NCBI GenBank assembly: GCA_018672825.1
Contig: JABHUE010000096.1
Span: 28,890-92,889 of the forward strand
Origin: Pseudomonadota bacterium
GTDB taxonomy: Bacteria > Pseudomonadota > Gammaproteobacteria > Arenicellales > UBA868
Length of the DNA stretch: 64,000 nt
Reading direction: 5' to 3'
Below are positions 29,626 to 39,671 of this stretch, piece by piece. The notes beneath the pieces are model-generated. The model did no database searches and was not told the DNA's origin. It was given only the letters and a program-made list of their open reading frames with translations. A program made the position numbers and the translations under genes. Within the stretch, counting starts at the first letter, position 1. Every line of letters begins with the position of its first letter.

Positions 29626-31371
29626 TTGAGCTCAACTCCTGCACCTGATTCAAACCCATCACCGTTTTCTCTGATGGTTCGCGGCACCAGCCTTATGGGG
29701 CTCGCCAAACGAATCGCCGAGAAAGGCCTGCTCTCAAAAAAGCGCGTGCAAGAGACACTCGAAACAGCACAAAATAATAAGCGATCGTTTTTACGTGAAG
29801 CGCTCGAAGCCGGCGAGATTGATCACGCCCAATTACTCCAATGCGCATCAGAAGATTCAGGCCTGCCGCTTTTGGATCTCAAAGCATTTGATCTTTCAAA
29901 GCGACCCAAAGATCTTGTCGATCGACGCTTTATCGAAACGCATGGCGTACTGCCGCTTTATAAACGAGGCACCAAGGTTTTTCTAGCGGTTCCGGATCCT
30001 GCTGACGTTGGCGGTCTTGACGCCTTTAAATTCCAGAGCGGGTTTGGCGTTGAAGCCATTCTGGTCGATCCCAACATTCTCAGCAAAATCATCCGGGACA
30101 TCCTGAGCGGTATCAGTTCGGAACTGGCGGATCTGGATCAGGACAGCAACCTTGACACCTTCGCGGGACAATCCAATGCCGCGGACAGCTTGGAGGATGC
30201 CGAAGCCGACACGCCCGTTGTCCGGTTTGTTAACAAAATTTTTATGGATGCCATCAGTCAGAAAGCATCTGACATCCATATCGAGCCCTACGAAGAAAAG
30301 CTTCGGATCCGGTACCGACTCGACGGCGTCTTGCATGAGATTGCGAATCCCCCGCCCTCATTGACCTCACGGATCACGGCACGCATCAAAATACTCGCTC
30401 GGCTTGATATTGCCGAACGGCGTGTGCCGCAAGATGGTCGGATGAAACTCGCACTCTCCAAAAATCACGAGATCGATTTTCGGGTCAGCACGCTACCCAC
30501 CCAATTTGGCGAAAAAGTAGTCATTCGGGTGCTCGATAGCAGTGGTGCCGAGCTTAGCTTGAAGGCGCTGGGGCTAGAAGAAGATCAATTCAAACTCTAC
30601 GAAGAAGCGATCAGCAAACCCTATGGCATGATTTTGGTCACTGGCCCGACGGGCAGCGGCAAGACGGTATCGCTTTATTCAGCTTTATCAACCCTAAATT
30701 CACCAGAAGTAAATATCAGCAGCGTCGAGGATCCTATCGAAATTAATGTCCCCGGCATTAATCAGGTCGCCATCAATGAGCGCGCGGACCTTACCTTTGC
30801 AGTCGCGCTACGAGCATTTCTGAGGCAGGATCCGGATATCGTCATGGTTGGCGAGATTCGGGATCTCGAAACAGCTGACATCGCGGTCAAGGCATCACAA
30901 ACCGGTCACCTTGTCCTTTCGACCCTGCACACCAACGATGCGCCCTCAACGGTTGTTCGCCTGCTGAACATGGGCGTTGAGCCATTCAATGTTGCTTCAT
31001 CGGTACACCTCATCATGGCGCAACGACTGGTTAGAAAGCTTTGCAGTCAATGTCGTCAACCTGCGAAGCACCCGGACGAAGCTTTGATTCGCGCAGGATT
31101 CTCCCCCGGGCCAGAGATCGGAGAGATCAAAATCTACGGACCCGGCGGATGCGACGAGTGCACCGGCGGCTATAAAGGCAGAACCGGAATTTTTCAGGTG
31201 ATGCCGGTTACCGAGGCAATCTCTACCATGATCCTTCGAGATGCAGGTCAGGACGCAATTGAAAAACAAATGACACTCGAAGGCGTACTCAGCTTACGTC
31301 AAGCGGGTCTCAAAAAAGTCCGCGCCGGAATCACAAGTCTCGAGGAAGTGCTTCGAGTCACCGGCAGCTAA
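29626..31371 (+). CDS. pilB: Type IV pilus assembly ATPase
   Basis: GPTGSGKT, RQDPDIVMVGE, tetracysteine Zn motif. Start uncertain: TTG 29626 with AAGGA, or ATG 29674. Confidence 0.96.
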   Translation: MSSTPAPDSNPSPFSLMVRGTSLMGLAKRIAEKGLLSKKRVQETLETAQNNKRSFLREALEAGEIDHAQLLQCASEDSGLPLLDLKAFDLSKRPKDLVDRRFIETHGVLPLYKRGTKVFLAVPDPADVGGLDAFKFQSGFGVEAILVDPNILSKIIRDILSGISSELADLDQDSNLDTFAGQSNAADSLEDAEADTPVVRFVNKIFMDAISQKASDIHIEPYEEKLRIRYRLDGVLHEIANPPPSLTSRITARIKILARLDIAERRVPQDGRMKLALSKNHEIDFRVSTLPTQFGEKVVIRVLDSSGAELSLKALGLEEDQFKLYEEAISKPYGMILVTGPTGSGKTVSLYSALSTLNSPEVNISSVEDPIEINVPGINQVAINERADLTFAVALRAFLRQDPDIVMVGEIRDLETADIAVKASQTGHLVLSTLHTNDAPSTVVRLLNMGVEPFNVASSVHLIMAQRLVRKLCSQCRQPAKHPDEALIRAGFSPGPEIGEIKIYGPGGCDECTGGYKGRTGIFQVMPVTEAISTMILRDAGQDAIEKQMTLEGVLSLRQAGLKKVRAGITSLEEVLRVTGS

Positions 31372-31375
31372 ATCA

Positions 31376-32590
31376 ATGGCAGGAAAAGAATCCAAGCCAA
31401 ACATCGTATTTGTCTGGTCGGGCATAGACCGGCAGGGTAAAAAAGTCTCGGGAGAGCTCGATAGTCAAGGCCCCGCATACGTACGAAGCATCCTGCGCCG
31501 ACAAGGCATCAGTGTAAAAAGTATCCGGAAAAAGCCCAAATCGATTTTTTCAAAAAAAGTAAAACCGAAAGATATCGCAATCGCGAGCCGCCAAATCGCC
31601 ACGATGCTGGGCGCCGGAATACCGATCGCACAATCCTATAAAGCCATCGCAGCGGGCACCGATCATCCCAAGATCCGAGAGATCTTTGACAGTATTCGAG
31701 TCGATGTTGAAGGCGGCACTAGCCTCAGCGAAGCACTGGCAAAATTTCCCAAACAGTTTGACTCGCTGTATACCAGCCTAATTGCTGTCGGCGAACGATC
31801 CGGAAACCTCGATGATCTCATGGAAAAAATTGCGAGCTACAAGGAAAACATCGAGGAAATTAAAGCCAAGGTGAAAGGCGCCATGTGGTATCCGGTTGCA
31901 GTTCTTATCGTTGGATTTATTGTGACCGCGCTCCTGTTGGTGTTCGTGATTCCCCAATTTGAGGGTCTGTTTAGCAGTTTTGGTGCGAGTCTCCCCACGC
32001 TAACTGCTGTCATGATTGATCTCTCGCGAGGCTTCAGAGATAACTGGCTGATTATTTTTGGGGTGATTTTTGGTGCCCTATTTTTTTTGGTGACCAGCTA
32101 CCGAAAATCTGCAGCCATGCGACATCGGGTTGACCGGCTGTCATTACGTATACCCGTGTTTGGCACTATCCTGCGCAAGTCTGCGATATCGCGATTTACG
32201 CGCACGATGGCAACTATGTTTGGTTCTGGCGTCACGATGGTCGAGGGTCTTGAGTCTGTGGCGGGCGCGACGGGTAATCTTGTTTACTATGATGCCTGCT
32301 TTGAAATTCGGGATGAAGTCAGCACCGGACAGCCGCTTTCTGTGGCAATGTCACAAACAGGTCTTTTCCCATCAATGGTGCTCCAAATGACGTCCACGGG
32401 CGAGGAATCAGGCGATCTCGAAGGAATGCTAAACAAAGCGGCCGAATTTTACGAGCGCGAAGTCAGAGAGGCGGTGGATAACATGAGCAAGTTAATTGAA
32501 CCCATTATGATTACCGTCTTAGGCGGCATCGTTGGCACACTGGTCATTGCGATGTATTTGCCGATCTTCATGATGGGCTCAGTCATCTAG
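31376..32590 (+). CDS. pilC: Type IV pilus platform protein
   Basis: RQIATMLGAGIP, GEESGDLEGML, AMYLPIF. Two GspF domains. Confidence 0.95.
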   Translation: MAGKESKPNIVFVWSGIDRQGKKVSGELDSQGPAYVRSILRRQGISVKSIRKKPKSIFSKKVKPKDIAIASRQIATMLGAGIPIAQSYKAIAAGTDHPKIREIFDSIRVDVEGGTSLSEALAKFPKQFDSLYTSLIAVGERSGNLDDLMEKIASYKENIEEIKAKVKGAMWYPVAVLIVGFIVTALLLVFVIPQFEGLFSSFGASLPTLTAVMIDLSRGFRDNWLIIFGVIFGALFFLVTSYRKSAAMRHRVDRLSLRIPVFGTILRKSAISRFTRTMATMFGSGVTMVEGLESVAGATGNLVYYDACFEIRDEVSTGQPLSVAMSQTGLFPSMVLQMTSTGEESGDLEGMLNKAAEFYEREVREAVDNMSKLIEPIMITVLGGIVGTLVIAMYLPIFMMGSVI

Positions 32591-32606
32591 ACTCCGTGCC
32601 GCACGG

Positions 32607-33455
32607 ATGAATCCGGCTCTGGACATGCTGCTCCGTGAGGACATCACGCTTTGGATCATCACCGGAATATACTCTCTTCTGGTCGGCAGTTTCCTGAATG
32701 TCGTCATTGCCCGTATACCGCGGCAGATCATTTGGTCTGGAGCTGAAAAAAGTGCCCGGGGCGAAAAGCCGCCGGGTATTGTGTGGCCGGGCTCACACTG
32801 CCCGCGCTGCAAACACCCACTCTCATGGTTTGAGAATGTACCCCTCCTGAGTTTTCTTGTGTTAGGTGGTCGTTGCCGTCACTGTCATATCTCGATCTCG
32901 ATCCGTTACCCCATGATTGAGGCTCTTTGCGCCGCACTCTCCGTCGTTGTCGTAATGAAGCTAGGCGTCCAATGGTTAACGCTGGCCGCGCTGGTATTCA
33001 CCTGGTTTTTGATTGCACTCGCTTTTATCGATTTTGAACATTTTCTGTTACCCGACAAATTAACGATCCCGCTCATTTTTCTTGGGTTAATAACGAGCGC
33101 ACTTGGCGGATTTACCGATCTCACGTCATCCTTAATTGGCGTCATTGCGGGTTATCTCTCGTTATGGATCGTCTATCAGATACATCGACTCCTGACAGGA
33201 AAAGAAGGCTTCGGTTTCGGTGACTTTAAAATGCTGGCTGCAATTGGCGGCTTTATCGGTTGGCAGTTATTACCAACGGTCGTGCTCCTAAGCGCCGGAA
33301 CGGGTGCAGTAGCGGGAACAATAATGATACTGTTGCAGCGCCATCAACGCGGTCAACTGGTGCCATTTGGCCCGTATCTGGCTGGAGGTGGGTGGCTCAC
33401 ACTACTGTGGGGGCCAGAGCTAAACGAGTGGTTTTATTCGATCATTGCATTGTAG
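32607..33455 (+). CDS. pilD: Prepilin peptidase/N-methyltransferase
   Basis: GSFLNVVIAR, CPRC..CRHC, FIDFEHFLLPD, GFGDFKM, PFGPYL. Confidence 0.96.
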   Translation: MNPALDMLLREDITLWIITGIYSLLVGSFLNVVIARIPRQIIWSGAEKSARGEKPPGIVWPGSHCPRCKHPLSWFENVPLLSFLVLGGRCRHCHISISIRYPMIEALCAALSVVVVMKLGVQWLTLAALVFTWFLIALAFIDFEHFLLPDKLTIPLIFLGLITSALGGFTDLTSSLIGVIAGYLSLWIVYQIHRLLTGKEGFGFGDFKMLAAIGGFIGWQLLPTVVLLSAGTGAVAGTIMILLQRHQRGQLVPFGPYLAGGGWLTLLWGPELNEWFYSIIAL

Positions 33456-33464
33456 GAGATCGCT

Positions 33465-34064
33465 ATCTTTAAAGTTGGCTTGACGGGCGGAATCGGCAGC
33501 GGCAAATCGGCGGTCACAGACCATCTCGCAACCCTGGGCGTTCAGATTCTTGATGCTGACCGATTTGCGCATCAAGTGACGGCCAATGGGCAGCCTGCGG
33601 TTGCCGAGATCGCGCAGCTATTGGGCCAACAGGTCCTGACCGCTTCCGGTGATTTAGATCGTGCCATGGTCCGTCAGATTGTTTTTACCGATAATCATAA
33701 ACGAGAAGCGCTTGAAGCCATTGTGCATCCCAAAGTTCGCTCCGCCATGAACGCGGCTGCGTCCAACGCTCAATCTCCTTATGTTGTTTATTCCATCCCG
33801 CTGCTCGTCGAGACTCGACAAACGGGCAAGTTTGATCATGTTGTGGTCATTCAGGCTAATCATGAACTTCGCAGGCAGCGAGTGTTAAGTCGAAGCGGTC
33901 TGGACGAGGAGAGTTTTGATCAAATTATGGCTTCTCAGGCATCAGATCAAGAACGAGCAGCGGTCGCAAACACGGTTATTATTAACGAAAGCAGTCTCGA
34001 TCAGTTGCATCAGGAAATCGATAATCTTCATCTAAATTTATGTGCTCTTGCGGCTGAAAAATAA
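33465..34064 (+). CDS. coaE: Dephospho-CoA kinase (start codon atypical, see findings)
   Basis: (I)FKVGLTGGIGSGKS, DADRFAH, IVHPKVR, IPLLVE. Confidence 0.93.
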   Translation: MFKVGLTGGIGSGKSAVTDHLATLGVQILDADRFAHQVTANGQPAVAEIAQLLGQQVLTASGDLDRAMVRQIVFTDNHKREALEAIVHPKVRSAMNAAASNAQSPYVVYSIPLLVETRQTGKFDHVVVIQANHELRRQRVLSRSGLDEESFDQIMASQASDQERAAVANTVIINESSLDQLHQEIDNLHLNLCALAAEK

Positions 34065-34066
34065 GA

Positions 34067-34684
34067 ATGATTTCCAGACAAACCGTTGCCGACGCCCTGA
34101 CTCGATTTGACCGTCTTGAAGAGACAAATACAGAGCTCACTCGTGCCGCCGTCACACTTTTTATTACAAAAACGATGGAGCATGCTGGCCTTGGAGTGCT
34201 GCTTACCCGGCGGGCTGCCACCCTGCGGCGACACGCGGGTCAATACGCACTCCCGGGTGGACGTGTTGATCCCGGTGAGACAATCGTACAGGCCGCACTG
34301 CGGGAATGCGAAGAAGAAATTGGCCTCAAGGCATCAGCCAATGACATCGTCGGCAAGCTCGATGACTTTGTTACCCAGTCCGGTTTTTGCATCACACCCG
34401 TCGTCGTTTTTTCCGAAAACCAGCTCACGCCCGTCCCTGATCCTACCGAAGTAGAGCAGATATTTAATATTCCATTGGCCGAGCTTAAATCTGCAAGTAC
34501 CCACCAGCCTGAATCTGATCAGCCCAGTTCAGAGAAAGATGGATTTTCGCTTTCGCTGCCAACCGTCGGTCATCAAATATATGCGCCCACCGCCGCTATT
34601 CTGTTTCAGTTCCGTGAAGTCATTCTCCTCAACCGACAGACTCGGGTCAGCCACCTCCAGCAACCCCAGTTTGCCTGGCGTTAA
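34067..34684 (+). CDS. Nudix CoA pyrophosphatase (NudL/PCD1 family)
   Basis: LLTRRAATLRRHAGQYALPGG NuCoA motif plus Nudix box RECEEEIGL. Confidence 0.88.
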   Translation: MISRQTVADALTRFDRLEETNTELTRAAVTLFITKTMEHAGLGVLLTRRAATLRRHAGQYALPGGRVDPGETIVQAALRECEEEIGLKASANDIVGKLDDFVTQSGFCITPVVVFSENQLTPVPDPTEVEQIFNIPLAELKSASTHQPESDQPSSEKDGFSLSLPTVGHQIYAPTAAILFQFREVILLNRQTRVSHLQQPQFAWR

Positions 34685-35100
34685 GTACGCTTAATCACAA
34701 GCGAACAAACCCGATCAAGAAGTGCTCGATTCCCTTCAAGAAAGTTTATCTTCGACAGGTTTTCTTCGCTAACCCATTCAAGCGCTTGGGACTCGAGACC
34801 CTTTAGATGGCCAGAGAATGCTGTGATGTGCCAAAAATGGAGTAATACGCTAGCGTTTGAATAGTCATACCGCGTTGTAAATAACGGCATTGCTGAATGG
34901 ACAACCAGGTTAGTCTCCTCGCGAAACTCACGCACCAACGCGTTAAAAGCGTTTTCACCAGGCTCCAGTTTTCCACCCGGAAATTCCCATTGGCCGGCAA
35001 AATCTTTACCAGCTGGACGCTGGCCTACTAAAAGACAGGATTCAGAATTAACCGCGACACCCACCGCAACCTGCGTAGCATCAAGTTCGGTATTCAGCAT
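34681..35100 (-). CDS. mutT: 8-oxo-dGTP diphosphatase
   Basis: GQWEFPGGKLEPGE..REFREET, GLESQAL. secA-argJ-mutT synteny. Confidence 0.9.
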   Translation of the reverse strand: MLNTELDATQVAVGVAVNSESCLLVGQRPAGKDFAGQWEFPGGKLEPGENAFNALVREFREETNLVVHSAMPLFTTRYDYSNASVLLHFWHITAFSGHLKGLESQALEWVSEENLSKINFLEGNRALLDRVCSLVIKRT

Positions 35101-36316
35101 TAATCGTAATGTAGTCGTGCGTAAAATCGCAGGTCCACACTCTGGCTTTGGATCGACCTACGCCAAGATTAACCTCGATACCCACCTCTTGACCTTTCAG
35201 ATGTGTGGCCACCAGTTTTTCATCATAGTCTTCGACTCGCCCGCCAGCTTGGGCGATCGTGACGCCGCCCATTGCCACTGAAAGCATTTTTTGATTAAGT
35301 GGAGCACCAGACTTTCCAACCGCCATTACCACCCGACCCCAATTCGCGTCCTCCCCAGCGATCGCCGTCTTCACTAACGGAGAGTTTGCTATTGCAAGCG
35401 CTGCTTTTTTTGCGCTTGCCGTTGAGCTTGCGCCACACACGTCAACAGTTATGAATTTTTGCGCACCTTCCCCATCCCGTACTACTTGGGTCGCGAGCTC
35501 AATTAAAAGATCTTTAAGCGCTCCTCGAAACAGTTTTAGGTCTGGCACGTTTTTAGTTTTCGGTACGCGATTTCCCGCGCGGCCTGTCGCTGCCAAGATA
35601 AGCGAGTCACTAGTCGAGGTATCGCTATCGACCGTGATACTGTTGAAAGAGGCCTGAACCCCTTCACGAAGAATATCATCGAGTACCGTCCTCGAAATAC
35701 AGGCATCAGTGAACACAAAAGCCAACATGGTCGCCATGTCCGGCGCGATCATACCTGACCCTTTCGCAATGCCGCCGATCGTAATATCCGTCTCACCTAT
35801 CTTTGTTTGCCGAAAAGCGCCTTTGGGATAGGTATCTGTCGTACCGATCGCATGGGCCGCGCGTAACCATGAAGCCGGACGGGTTTTGTTGCTTATCCGC
35901 TTGAGCGCTCGATCAATACGATCTATCGGAAGTGGCTCACCGATCACGCCTGTTGACGCGATCAGCACTTCAGATGCCTGGCAGCCCACAGCCTTTGCCG
36001 CCATCGCTGCCGTTGATTTAACATCGGTATGACCCTTGGGGCCTGTAAACGTGTTCGCGTTCCCACTGTTTACTAATAATGCTCGCGCCTTGCCTTTAGT
36101 GACTACTTCCCGACTCCACTGAACCGGCGCAGACGCCGTAGTGGATTGCGTAAAAACACCCGCGACAGTTGTTCCCTTGTCCAGTCGTGCGAGCAAGAGA
36201 TCATCACGCCCTGCGTACTTAATACCCGCCCTAAGCGCTTTGAACTCCAGACCACAGACCCGCGGAATTTTTGGAAATTGGCTCGGCGCCAGCCCAGAAC
36301 GTTTCAATGTTGTCAT
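35081..36316 (-). CDS. argJ: Bifunctional ornithine acetyltransferase/N-acetylglutamate synthase
   Basis: NSGNANTFTG, KGSGMIAPDMATML, VVRDGEGA, INAEYRT. Confidence 0.96.
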   Translation of the reverse strand: MTTLKRSGLAPSQFPKIPRVCGLEFKALRAGIKYAGRDDLLLARLDKGTTVAGVFTQSTTASAPVQWSREVVTKGKARALLVNSGNANTFTGPKGHTDVKSTAAMAAKAVGCQASEVLIASTGVIGEPLPIDRIDRALKRISNKTRPASWLRAAHAIGTTDTYPKGAFRQTKIGETDITIGGIAKGSGMIAPDMATMLAFVFTDACISRTVLDDILREGVQASFNSITVDSDTSTSDSLILAATGRAGNRVPKTKNVPDLKLFRGALKDLLIELATQVVRDGEGAQKFITVDVCGASSTASAKKAALAIANSPLVKTAIAGEDANWGRVVMAVGKSGAPLNQKMLSVAMGGVTIAQAGGRVEDYDEKLVATHLKGQEVGIEVNLGVGRSKARVWTCDFTHDYITINAEYRT

Positions 36317-36334
36317 TAATCTTTGCTAGAGGCT

Positions 36335-39094
36335 TTAAAGCTTGCCATGACACTGCTTATATTTTTTCCCGGATCCGCAAGGACAAGGCTCATTCCGGCC
36401 CACCTTGGCGCCAGTGCGCACAAACGGACGGGACGAGTCGACGTCGCGTTTCGCTGATCCCGTATCAACGCCTTGCCCCGCAGTGAGTGAGCCCACGGCA
36501 GGCGCCTCGGCATCTTGATGTAGATACTTCCGATCTGACTCGTTCTGCTGACGCTGACGATTTTCCATGTCAGTCACCTGTTCATCAGACTGAACCTGCA
36601 CTTTAGAAAGCAGTCCAACCACATCATTTTTGACTTGATTGAGCATCGCCGAGAACATCTCAAAGGCCTCACGCTTATACTCTTGCCGTGGATTTTTCTG
36701 CGCATAACCCCGTAGACCGATGCCCTGGCGCAAATGATCCATCTGTGCAAGATGCTCTTTCCACTGCTCATCGAGCGTTTTTAGCATGACCGCTTTCTCA
36801 AGATGCCGCATCACCGGACCGCCAACGCTTTCTACTTTTTTGTCGTAAGCATCGACAATCTCGTCACGAATACGCATCCGCAGGGTTTCCTCGTGCAGAC
36901 TATCATCTGATTCCAGCCAGTCTTGAATAGGAAAAGATATTCCGAATCGAGACTCGATTTCTTTCTCTAGCAACGGAATATCCCATTGTTCTTCGAGACT
37001 CTCCGGCGATATACCAAGATCAACCAATTCATTGATCACTTCCTCTCGAGCGATCTCAACGGTCTCAGAGATATCGTCAGAAGCCATCAGGGTATTACGC
37101 TGCTCGTAGACTACTTTTCGTTGTTCGTTTGCAACGTCGTCGTACTCAAGTAACTGTTTACGAATATCAAAGTTACGTCCTTCGACTTTTTTCTGGGAAT
37201 TCTCAATAGCTCGGGTTACCCATGAGTGCTCGATTGCCTCACCTTCTTCCATGCCGAGCTTTTCCATCAATCCGGAAACCCGATCAGAGCCAAAAATGCG
37301 CAGCAAGTTATCTTCCAGGGAAAGGTAAAACCGGCTCCGTCCCGGATCCCCCTGTCGACCACAACGTCCTCGCAACTGGTTATCGACCCGTCGTGATTCG
37401 TTGCGCTCGGTACCCAATACATAGAGTCCACCCGAATCTGCCACTTGATCATGTTGTTTCTGCCAAGCGTCACGAATCGCATCTACATCCAGGGTCTGGT
37501 CGACCTCATTTGCTGCTAGTTCCATCTCAAGGTTGCCGCCGAGCACGATGTCAGTACCTCTGCCGGCCATGTTGGTCGCAATCGTTACCGCACCGGGTTT
37601 TCCGGCCTGCGCGATTATTTGGGCCTCCCGGCCGTGCTGTTTTGCGTTCAGCACCTCGTGAGTGATCTTTTCCTTAGACAGCAGATTGGATAAATACTCC
37701 GATGCTTCAATAGAAGCGGTGCCCACTAAAACTGGCTGGTTTTGGTCACGGCAACTTTTAATATCATCCAGAATTGCGACGTATTTTTCCTCTTGCGTCC
37801 GATAGACGAGATCCGAGAGATCCTCTCTGATCATCGGTTGATTGGTCGGAATAACAGCAACTTCCAGACCGTAAATCTGTTGAAACTCGACTGACTCGGT
37901 ATCTGCCGTGCCCGTCATGCCCGAAAGTTTGTCGTACAACCGGAACAGGTTTTGAAAGGTAATCGATGCGAGCGTTTGATTTTCCTGTTGAATCGAGACG
38001 CCCTCTTTCGCCTCTACCGCCTGATGGAGTCCATCTGACCAGCGCCGTCCAGGCATCATGCGCCCTGAAAACTCGTCGATAATCACGATCTGCCCATCCC
38101 GGACAATGTAATCAACATCTCTCTGGAACAGCGTATGCGCACGCAACCCCGCATAGACGTGATGAAGCAAACTAATATTTCCAACATCGTAGAGAGTCGA
38201 TTCCTCTGACAGCAAGCCAGCCTCAATGAGCAAGCGCTCCGCGCTCTCATGACCCGCTTCGGTTAATGCGACCTGACGATTTTTTTCATCCACATTGAAA
38301 TCGCCAGGCGCCTCCTCTTCCTCCTCAGGAGTCTCACCACTGCCTTCCTGTCGGTCGAGCGCGGGAATAATCTTATTAATGGCGCTATACAGTTCACTGC
38401 TATTCTCGGCAGGCCCAGAGATCACGAGAGGGGTCCTGGCCTCGTCGATTAATATTGAATCAACTTCGTCGATAACCGCGAAATCTAGAGATCTTTGAAC
38501 ACGATCCTCCGCGCTGAATGCCATATTGTCACGCAAATAATCAAAGCCATACTCGTTATTCGTGCCGTAGACAATGTCACAAGCATAAGCGGAACGCTTG
38601 CTTTCAGTGTCTTGGCCCGACAAAATCACGCCCACGCTCAGGCCTAGGAACGAGTAGATTTTCCCCATCCACTCAGCGTCTCGTTGTGCAAGGTAATCGT
38701 TAACGGTCACGACATGCACAGCCTTTCCACATACGGCATTGAGGTAAGCGGGAAGCGTCGCGACAAGTGTTTTTCCTTCGCCTGTGCGCATCTCAGCAAT
38801 CCGTCCCTCATTCAAAACCATCCCGCCAATCAGCTGGACGTCAAAATGGCGCATATTAAGAACCCGGTAAGACGCCTCACGGGTGACCGCAAACGCCTCA
38901 ACTAAGAGCGCGGCGCTATCTTCACCACTGCTTGCGCGATTCTTAAATTCCTCTGTCTTGGCCCGCAATTCATCATCACTAAGCGTCTGAAGGTGAGGCT
39001 CAAGCTGACCAATGTCGTCTACGGACTTGGCCATTTTTTTAAGCATGCGCTGATTGCGACTGCCAAAAATTTTTGTAGCAACTTTACTGAACAT
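36335..39094 (-). CDS. secA: Preprotein translocase ATPase
   Basis: [34 protein letters not shown]-terminal [17 protein letters not shown]. Confidence 0.99.
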   Translation of the reverse strand: MFSKVATKIFGSRNQRMLKKMAKSVDDIGQLEPHLQTLSDDELRAKTEEFKNRASSGEDSAALLVEAFAVTREASYRVLNMRHFDVQLIGGMVLNEGRIAEMRTGEGKTLVATLPAYLNAVCGKAVHVVTVNDYLAQRDAEWMGKIYSFLGLSVGVILSGQDTESKRSAYACDIVYGTNNEYGFDYLRDNMAFSAEDRVQRSLDFAVIDEVDSILIDEARTPLVISGPAENSSELYSAINKIIPALDRQEGSGETPEEEEEAPGDFNVDEKNRQVALTEAGHESAERLLIEAGLLSEESTLYDVGNISLLHHVYAGLRAHTLFQRDVDYIVRDGQIVIIDEFSGRMMPGRRWSDGLHQAVEAKEGVSIQQENQTLASITFQNLFRLYDKLSGMTGTADTESVEFQQIYGLEVAVIPTNQPMIREDLSDLVYRTQEEKYVAILDDIKSCRDQNQPVLVGTASIEASEYLSNLLSKEKITHEVLNAKQHGREAQIIAQAGKPGAVTIATNMAGRGTDIVLGGNLEMELAANEVDQTLDVDAIRDAWQKQHDQVADSGGLYVLGTERNESRRVDNQLRGRCGRQGDPGRSRFYLSLEDNLLRIFGSDRVSGLMEKLGMEEGEAIEHSWVTRAIENSQKKVEGRNFDIRKQLLEYDDVANEQRKVVYEQRNTLMASDDISETVEIAREEVINELVDLGISPESLEEQWDIPLLEKEIESRFGISFPIQDWLESDDSLHEETLRMRIRDEIVDAYDKKVESVGGPVMRHLEKAVMLKTLDEQWKEHLAQMDHLRQGIGLRGYAQKNPRQEYKREAFEMFSAMLNQVKNDVVGLLSKVQVQSDEQVTDMENRQRQQNESDRKYLHQDAEAPAVGSLTAGQGVDTGSAKRDVDSSRPFVRTGAKVGRNEPCPCGSGKKYKQCHGKL

Positions 39095-39211
39095 TTAAGA
39101 GATTCTTTAGGGTGAAACTGGCTCGGAAATTCTCAGTCATGAGGTAGCGACTAAACATCGCTATACTGGGACTCCACCAAATTACGTAAATTTATTGGTG
39201 ACAATTTTATC

Positions 39212-39667
39212 ATGGTCAAAGACTCTTTCACTCAACTGGGCAAACTGATTCCCAATACGGCTCGAACGTCGACCCCTATGCCTCCGGCGACCAAGCCAAT
39301 TGAGAAAAACGCCTGGCGCCTAGCCGCTGGCAATGATATTGCTGACCACACCGCTATTAGAGTTGAAAACGATATCTGGACCATTACTGCCGATGGCCCA
39401 GTCTGGGGTCATGCCGTCAAGCAGCGACAGAGGCAAATTCTTAGCAATCTTAAGAATCAAAACGTCTCGGCCGTAAAACTTGATATCCAAGTTCGACCGG
39501 TCAACTCATCACCCACGCCTGCTTCCGAGCCATCCGCTAAAAACATCCAGGTCCTAGATGAAAAAAGCGCTGACCTTCTACTCGCCACTGCGCAAACTCT
39601 TAAATCACCTAATTTGGCCGAAGCCATTAAAAAATTGAGTGAGCGGCATCGAGAAGAAAAGAAATAA
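39212..39667 (+). CDS. DciA (DUF721) family protein
   Basis: W...G..IA.H...W..A......IL pattern. Divergent from secA as in many Gammaproteobacteria. Confidence 0.65.
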   Translation: MVKDSFTQLGKLIPNTARTSTPMPPATKPIEKNAWRLAAGNDIADHTAIRVENDIWTITADGPVWGHAVKQRQRQILSNLKNQNVSAVKLDIQVRPVNSSPTPASEPSAKNIQVLDEKSADLLLATAQTLKSPNLAEAIKKLSERHREEKK

Positions 39668-39671
39668 ATTC

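Noticed and set aside
39179-39193. AATTACGTAAATT upstream of dciA as a second LiuR site
   Set aside because: Only one ACGT core is present. The full TTACGT-NN-ACGTAA dyad is missing.
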